The notes under the pieces: model-generated
Database searches by the model: none
The model's input: only the letters and a program-made list of their open reading frames with translations
Told to the model about the DNA's origin: nothing
Shown here: positions 16,556-19,746 of the stretch, piece after piece
Numbering within the stretch: position 1 is the first letter of the stretch
How the letters are laid out: each line of letters begins with the position of its first letter
NCBI GenBank assembly: GCA_034440375.1
Contig: JAWXBZ010000227.1
Location: forward strand, 1 to 19,746
DNA length: 19,746 bases
From: Candidatus Eiseniibacteriota bacterium
GTDB lineage: Bacteria; Eisenbacteria; RBG-16-71-46; JABDJR01; JAWXBZ01
Direction of reading: 5' to 3'
Program-made: the position numbers and the translations under genes

Positions 16556-16680
16556 GTTAGGAGAATCGCTGTGGACAACCGGGTAAGGCACCCGGACCTT
16601 GTTCGCAAGCGGGATGTTGGCGTTTGGCTTCTCGGGCCAACTGACCGCAACAGGCTACTCCTCCCCAAATCGAGGTCAAA

Positions 16681-19008
16681 TTGCGACACGCGCTGCTGAG
16701 CCGTCGACCACACAGGCTGGCCCCGGACCGGGCACCGCTGAACCTCATCCTGCTGGTCATCCTTGCGAGTCTCGGCTTCCAGTCCCCCGTTGCCCGGGCA
16801 TCGACCCTTCGTTCGTCTCTCGGCGATCCCCGGATCGCCACCCACCTTCGGTCAGCACTCGAATGGGCGGCCCGGTCGGAATCGGACCCTCAGGATGAGC
16901 TTCGCCCAACGGCGGCCCCGCAATCCGAGTTGATTCTCAGCGGACCCGCCTACGATTGGGCCGGGCCGGACAGTCGCGTCCTCCTGGTCATCGAAGGAAA
17001 TCCTCATCCAGGCTTGCTGGCGGCCGCGGGCGCAGAGGTCAATACGATCGCGGGGGGTGTCACGACCGCACTCGCACCGCTGTCGCGCATACCAGACATC
17101 CTTGGCGTGGCCGGAATCCGTTCCATCGAGATGGAGCAACCGCTGGTGCTCTGTACCGATGTGAGTGCGCTGGCGATCAACGCCGACGACCTGTGGGGCG
17201 GCCCTCCCCCGGCCTATTCGGCCAGCGGTGAAACGGGTGAAAACGTAGTTGTCGGCATCGTCGACACCGGCCTCGATGTCTACCACGAGGATTTCCGCAC
17301 AGCTGCCGGATCACGAGTCAAGGCGTGCTGGGACCAGACGATTTCAACCGGGACGCGCCCCGCCGGCTTCACATACGGCAGTGAGTACTCGACGTCCCAG
17401 ATCAACGCGAGCCAGTATCCGGGCACGGACGACCTGGGACACGGCACACATATCGCCGGCGTAGCCGCGGGGAATGGCCGGGCCACCGGCGGTGCTGTCC
17501 CCCAGTTCACATTTCCCGGCATCGCCCCGGAAGCCGATCTGGTGTTTGTCAAACTGACACCGAGTCCGAACGGCAGCTACACGGACGCCCGGGTGATCGA
17601 CGGCGTCAATTTCGTCTTCCAGAAGGCCGCCGCGCTGGGCAAACCCGCAGTTGTCCTCCTGGCGGTCAGCAAAATGACCGGACCACATGACGGCTCCGAC
17701 GCCATGGACGTTGCCCTCACCGCCCTCACCGGCCCCGGGAAGCTCCTGGTGGTCGCCGGCGGCAACGAATATGGCCGCTCCCGACATGCCGAATGGACCG
17801 CCTCGAGCAGCCAGCCGAGCGGGAACATGACCGTTAACGTCCCGGCTTATGTTGCCTCGGGCAACGCCGGAGATCACTTTCAGGTGGAAGCGTGGTACGA
17901 CGCCACGGAGAACGTCACCGTGACGATGACCACCCCGGCCGGGATGGTGATCGGACCGGTATTGCGCGGTACTCAAATTACAGTCCAGAGCCCATCCGGC
18001 GTGGTGACGATCAAGAATGGTGTCGCCACCAGCAGCAATGGATCCTTCAAGATCGAATACAGCCTCTCGAGGGGAAGCCTCACTTTTCCGGCGCTCGCCT
18101 CGGGCACCTGGACGGTCGGTCTCACGGCCCTCAGTAATCCGTACTTCCGGGTGGATGCCTGGCTGACGAGCTGGCTCCTTGGCTCCGCCGCCCCCACGTT
18201 CGTAACGGGAAAGACGGAGTCACGATTGATCGGCTCGCCGGCGACCGCCCTTGGTGCCGTATCCGCGTCGTCCTACACGACGAAGCGTACCTGGACCGAC
18301 GTCAACGGATCCTCCCGTTCGTATTACTACGCCGTCATGAACCAGATCGCCAACTACGCCTCCAGCGGCCCCAGCCGTGACGGAGAAACTCTGCCGCACA
18401 TCGCGGCTCCGGGCTATGGTGTGGCGGGGTCGATGTCGTCGCAGGCGCTGTCGAGTATTTCGAGCACCTATCGACTCCCCGATGGTGTGCATTACATCAA
18501 CAGCGGAACGAGTGTGGCCGCGGCCCACGTCGCCGGCGGTGTGGCCCTCCTGCTGCAGTCGGTCTCGAACCTGACGCGGGACCAGGTTGTCAACCAGTTG
18601 ACGGCCTCGGCCACCACCGACGCCTTCACCGGTGCCGTGCCGAACTTGCGGTGGGGCGCCGGCAAGCTGTATCTGCAACCGCTCGCTGCGGCCGCGGTTG
18701 GCGACCAGGTTTTTACCTCGCGCATCGGATTCAATGTCACGCCGAACCCGAGCCGCGGCCCGGCCATCTTCCGATTCAACGTACCCCTGGAGATGGCCGA
18801 GCGGCAGTCGGTGGACGCCCGCCTCCAGATTTTCGACATCGCGGGTCGGGAAATCAGCCATTTGATCCGTGCGGTGCCATCGGGCCCGGCCGAGTTGGCC
18901 TGGGATGGCTCGACAGGTTCGGGAGCCGTTGCAGCGGCCGGAATTTACTGGGGCCGTTTGACCCTGGGCGGCAAGAGCGCGTTGACACGTATCGTCCGCA
19001 CCCGATAA
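16681..19008 (+). CDS. Secreted S8 serine peptidase (paralog of 4912..7506) with a C-terminal FlgD-Ig/T9SS-like tail
   Basis: TTG start with GAGG SD; signal peptide (…ARA-ST). Triad GIVDTG / HGTHIAG / SGTSVAAAHVAG, VAGGNE. Tail PNPS…F.F…IFDIAGR…WDG…G…AGIYW.RL…RIVRTR. Exact start is uncertain. Confidence 0.9.
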   Translation: MRHALLSRRPHRLAPDRAPLNLILLVILASLGFQSPVARASTLRSSLGDPRIATHLRSALEWAARSESDPQDELRPTAAPQSELILSGPAYDWAGPDSRVLLVIEGNPHPGLLAAAGAEVNTIAGGVTTALAPLSRIPDILGVAGIRSIEMEQPLVLCTDVSALAINADDLWGGPPPAYSASGETGENVVVGIVDTGLDVYHEDFRTAAGSRVKACWDQTISTGTRPAGFTYGSEYSTSQINASQYPGTDDLGHGTHIAGVAAGNGRATGGAVPQFTFPGIAPEADLVFVKLTPSPNGSYTDARVIDGVNFVFQKAAALGKPAVVLLAVSKMTGPHDGSDAMDVALTALTGPGKLLVVAGGNEYGRSRHAEWTASSSQPSGNMTVNVPAYVASGNAGDHFQVEAWYDATENVTVTMTTPAGMVIGPVLRGTQITVQSPSGVVTIKNGVATSSNGSFKIEYSLSRGSLTFPALASGTWTVGLTALSNPYFRVDAWLTSWLLGSAAPTFVTGKTESRLIGSPATALGAVSASSYTTKRTWTDVNGSSRSYYYAVMNQIANYASSGPSRDGETLPHIAAPGYGVAGSMSSQALSSISSTYRLPDGVHYINSGTSVAAAHVAGGVALLLQSVSNLTRDQVVNQLTASATTDAFTGAVPNLRWGAGKLYLQPLAAAAVGDQVFTSRIGFNVTPNPSRGPAIFRFNVPLEMAERQSVDARLQIFDIAGREISHLIRAVPSGPAELAWDGSTGSGAVAAAGIYWGRLTLGGKSALTRIVRTR

Positions 19009-19030
19009 CCAGCGAAGTCTGAACAGCTTG

Positions 19031-19076
19031 ACAGGAGGGCCGACTCCGCCTGCGGGGTCGGCCCTCTTGTTTGTTT
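19031..19076 (+). terminator. Rho-independent terminator after the second S8 peptidase
   Basis: 18-bp stem with 2 G:U pairs, ACAGGAGGGCCGACTCCG-cctg-CGGGGTCGGCCCTCTTGT, running into TTGTTT. Confidence 0.8.
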
Positions 19077-19163
19077 CCCGGCTGCGGGTCGGATATGTGT
19101 CAAAACACCCGGTGGGTGGGTCGGATCGCATTGCAGGACACCCGATCCATTTCTAATTCTGCA

Positions 19164-19194
19164 TTGACATCAATACACTCAACTCGCCTATAAT
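19164..19194 (+). promoter_or_regulatory. Sigma70-type promoter with perfect hexamers and a 19-bp spacer (TTGACA-N19-TATAAT)
   Basis: TTGACA at 19164-19169 and TATAAT at 19189-19194 in an AT-rich intergenic patch. Confidence 0.6.
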
Positions 19195-19335
19195 TGGGGC
19201 CTTAGCAGATCCTTTTTGCCTCGCCACCACCGACAGAGCCTACATCAACGTCGAAATTGTCCGGTGTCACTTCGAGTCGAATATCATCCCTTTCGACTTG
19301 CCGTCCATCGGAGTTTCGACAAGGAGACGCATCCG

Positions 19336-19746
19336 GTGCCTATTACAACTAGTCGATGTACCGTCCGCCGAGTTTCCGTTGTTGTTCTTGCACTTCTCGC
19401 CTTCCTTCTTCCCACCGCCGCCCGCGCCTCCCACGAAACCGTCATGGTCGATGGCAACCTGACCGACCTGATCCTGGCGATCAATAACAACCTGGGTCCA
19501 GATAAGGGCGGATTCTCCGCCCCCGATCCGCTGGGCGAGATCTACCCGGGTGGCTGTTCCTATGTGAACGGCTACGACATCCGCCAAGCGTACGTTTTCA
19601 TCGACTTCAAGAACGAGATGGGCGGGTTGACACCGAACGATGTCACTCTCTACGTCGGCTGGGACACGGAAGGAAACATCGGTGACGTCGACGGCGACGG
19701 CCACCCTTCCACATTTAATCCGGTCGGCCCGGGGGCTGCCTGCGGC
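19336..19746 (+). CDS. Secreted protein of unknown function; 3' end runs off the window
   Basis: Not in the ORF track. SD AAGGAG (19321-19326), then GTG 19336: MPITTSRCTVRRVSVVVLALLAFLLPTAARA-SHETVMVDGNLTDLILAINNNLGPDKGGFSAPDPLGEIYPGGCSYVNGYDIRQAYVFIDFKNEMGGLTPNDVTLYVGWDTEGNIGDVDGDGHPSTFNPVGPGAACG. Open to the window end, with an A-x-A signal peptide and GC3-rich codons. Confidence 0.82.
   Translation, partial: MPITTSRCTVRRVSVVVLALLAFLLPTAARASHETVMVDGNLTDLILAINNNLGPDKGGFSAPDPLGEIYPGGCSYVNGYDIRQAYVFIDFKNEMGGLTPNDVTLYVGWDTEGNIGDVDGDGHPSTFNPVGPGAACG

Noticed and set aside
16573-16650. Riboswitch (e.g. c-di-GMP) in the peptidase leader; hairpins CCGGGT-aaggc-ACCCGG and GTTGGC…GCCAAC
   Set aside because: The hairpins are present, but the conserved c-di-GMP-I/II sequence elements are not recognisable.
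16681-19008. CspC-like pseudoprotease
   Set aside because: The Asp, His and Ser triad residues and the oxyanion Asn are all present.
19163-19174. FNR/CRP box
   Set aside because: Half-site spacing is 2 bp, not the TTGAT-N4-ATCAA geometry.
1-19746. CRISPR arrays, tRNA/rRNA, IS elements, integrases, defence or toxin genes
   Set aside because: No regularly spaced repeats, structural RNA signatures or matching ORFs seen by eye; almost the whole window is accounted for by the listed genes.

Overview
GC-rich (roughly 65% by eye) bacterial chromosomal segment with no rRNA, tRNA, CRISPR array, transposase or phage genes that I can see. From left to right: (1) a minus-strand cluster ccdA - tlpA/resA-like thioredoxin lipoprotein - pterin-4a-carbinolamine dehydratase - CPA2 cation/H+ antiporter (cut by the window edge and missing from the ORF track); (2) a divergent, tightly coupled plus-strand run moaC - mog - moeA - secreted S8 peptidase with a FlgD-Ig/T9SS-like C-terminal domain - processive-type GT2 - SAM methyltransferase; (3) a convergent GT87/GT-C-like membrane glycosyltransferase plus a soluble GT2; (4) pyruvate kinase, divergent from (3) across only 24 bp; (5) a minus-strand pair of a domain-permuted YjbH/GfcD-like outer-membrane protein and a 120-aa exported protein with mirror-symmetric cysteine spacing, closed by a terminator; (6) a second, paralogous S8 peptidase behind candidate tandem sigma70/sigma54 promoters; (7) the 5' part of a secreted protein, also missing from the ORF track, behind a consensus promoter with a 19-bp spacer and a long leader hairpin. 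High GC together with T9SS-like tails suggests an FCB-related lineage such as Ca. Eisenbacteria or similar; this is inference only. The best candidate for an undescribed system is the permuted YjbH barrel plus the Cys/His-symmetric helical-hairpin (lipo)protein.
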